A stretch of 64,000 nt of DNA. It comes from Mytilus galloprovincialis. Taxonomy: Eukaryota. Shown here piece by piece: positions 62,418 to 64,000 of this stretch; position 1 is the stretch's first letter; each line of letters starts with the position of its first letter. The stretch spans positions 74,653,723-74,717,722 of the forward strand of contig NC_134841.1 of assembly GCF_965363235.1 (NCBI RefSeq). The letters are read 5' to 3'. The translations under genes and the position numbers were made by a program. The notes under the pieces were generated by a model. The model had not been told where the DNA came from. It saw nothing but the letters and a program-made list of their open reading frames with translations, and ran no database searches.

Positions 62418-63125
62418 TTCACTCTGTGGTTGAAGTTTTTTAAATTTTGATAACTTTCTTAAACTATACTGGATTTCTACCAAACTTAGACAGAAGCTTG
62501 TTTATGATCATAAGATAGTATCCAGAAGTAAATTTTTTTTAAATAAAATTCCATTTTTTTCGTATTTTACTTATAGATGGACTTTTTCTGCGGGGAAACA
62601 TAAAATTCACTCTGTGGTTAAATTTTAAAAAATTTTAATGACTTTCTTATACTATTTTTAATTTGTACCAAAGTTGGACAGAAGCTTGTTTATGATCATA
62701 AGATAGTATCCAGAAATAAATTTTGTAAAAATATAAATCCCTTTTTTCCGTATATTACTTTTAAATGGACTTAGTTTTTCTGTCAGGAAACAACACATTC
62801 ACTCTGTGGTTAAATTTTTAAAATTTTGATGACTTTCTTATACTATTTTTAATTTGTACCAAACTTGGACAGAAGCTTGTGTATGATCAAAAGTTAGTAT
62901 CTAGAAGGAAATTTTGTTGATATTTTGTACCTGTGTATCTGTATTTTACTTATAAATAGACTTAGTTTTTCTTCCAGTTAACCTTACATACAGTCTGCAG
63001 TTAAATTTTTTTAAACCTTTTTTAGATTCATAAACTATCCTTGATTTTTACTAAACTTGGACATAAGCTTCTTACAATCAAAAGATAGTATCAAGAGGAA
63101 TATTTTTATTGATTTGTTTCCTCAT
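62418..63125. repeat. Tandem array, ~190-bp unit × about 3.7, in the TEP1 intron
   Basis: The unit ttcactctgtggtt.aa.ttttttaaattttgat.actttctta.actat....tt.taccaaa.ttggacagaagcttgtttatgatcataagatagtatccagaa.taaatttt recurs at 62418, 62607, 62797 and about 62990. Confidence 0.75.
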
Positions 63126-63579
63126 TTTTGTTGAGCCTGCCATTTACATCAAAGTTAGGCGAGACACTGGGTTCTGCAGAACCCTTACAATTTTGTTTTC
63201 ATTTTTGGTCAGCAGCTTGACCATGATTAGTTGTCAAATATGAGCAGAATTGCTAGTTACTTACTTTCTGTTTGCCATTAGTTTTAATTACGATTGTTGG
63301 CGCAGACTTAGAGCAACAACAAATGCATTCTTGTTTAATCCTGATCTGTTATTTAAAATCAAGATTTGCTGCTCATTCAAAAACTAAGATAACAATAAAT
63401 TTTCTTTACACATTAAAAGAAAACCTGTTTCAAAAAATGAGATCATTCTCTCGTTTTAGTCTGCCACAAGTCAAGAGAAATGAAAATTAGTATAACATTG
63501 GTCTAATATTATGATATATAAAAGGTTCTGTGTAACAGTATTTTGCTGAACTTGTAATAAAATGCTTCTTATATTATAG

Positions 63580-63694
63580 GTTTATTGTGGTGAATTTAAA
63601 GAGCTACAACGTTTACTTTGTAATTTGAATTTTATACATGCCAAATGTCAGCTAGGATTGGCCACACAGTTAATGGACGACTATCAAGATAAAG
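63580..63694 (+). CDS. TEP1: TEP1 coding exon 31 (last exon visible in the window)
   Basis: VYCGEFKELQRLLCNLNFIHAKCQLGLATQLMDDYQDK aligns with human LQSGNRGLLSKFLTNLHVVAAHLELGLVSRLLEAHALY. The donor AAAG|gtatag is at 63695, so the WD40-encoding remainder lies beyond 64000. Confidence 0.8.
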
Positions 63695-64000
63695 GTATAG
63701 AAATATACATGACCTGCTTGTATCCCTTCAAAAACTAATTATTCATTTATGAAGAAGAGAATATTTTTTACATTAAATCTGATCATAAAAGTAAACAAAG
63801 AAAACAGACATAAATAGGTCTCTAAACACAATAGTTCAAATGGGATTCTTTAACCAATCCTTTATCACCTAACTAAAAAATATCTAGTGTGAATTAGTGA
63901 ATAGTGATTATGATAGAGACTAATTATCCATGTAGGTTATGAGGCTAATTTACATTTGAACAGTTGATATCTTACTGTCCTGCATTAATTGTATTGATTG

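Noticed and set aside
1-64000. Prokaryotic-style novel system (defence island, operon, CRISPR-Cas, toxin-antitoxin)
   Set aside because: The whole window is eukaryotic. Evidence includes spliced multi-exon genes with GT-AG introns, SINE/LINE/MITE content, and no Shine-Dalgarno-led contiguous ORF clusters. The only system-like component is the conserved TEP1 STAND NTPase gene.

Overview
This window is eukaryotic (metazoan) nuclear DNA, not prokaryotic: it is AT-rich, has GT-AG introns, carries many TIR-flanked MITEs, SINE/LINE fragments and intronic satellite arrays, and its overall look is that of a bivalve mollusc genome (species guess, low confidence). Two conserved multi-exon protein-coding genes account for most of it. 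(1) On the minus strand, a complete 14-exon MCM-binding protein (MCMBP) CDS spans about 10057-24818, and its exons can be aligned one by one to human MCMBP. (2) On the plus strand, the 5' two-thirds of a telomerase-associated protein 1 / vault protein (TEP1) orthologue spans 32245 to beyond 64000 in at least 31 coding exons, covering the TROVE, DUF4062, NACHT P-loop and 'ESPFNNQ' regions and running off the window. The two genes are head-to-head, separated by about 7.4 kb of transposon-laden DNA that includes a piggyBac-like MITE with TTAA duplications, an hAT-like long-TIR MITE with an 8-bp TSD, and a LINE ORF2 tail. The leftmost 10 kb holds a partial C-type-lectin exon running off the window, a frameshifted Penelope-like reverse-transcriptase fragment, several MITEs and a 272-bp tandem duplication. 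I found no CRISPR array, operon or prokaryotic defence system. The only 'system-like' element is TEP1, a STAND NTPase scaffold of vault/telomerase RNPs, which here carries lineage-specific RG/RGG-rich insertions worth follow-up. All coordinates were derived by hand from the sequence and splice boundaries should be taken as accurate to about ±2 nt. Most six-frame ORFs in the track that are not listed are antisense or low-complexity artefacts.
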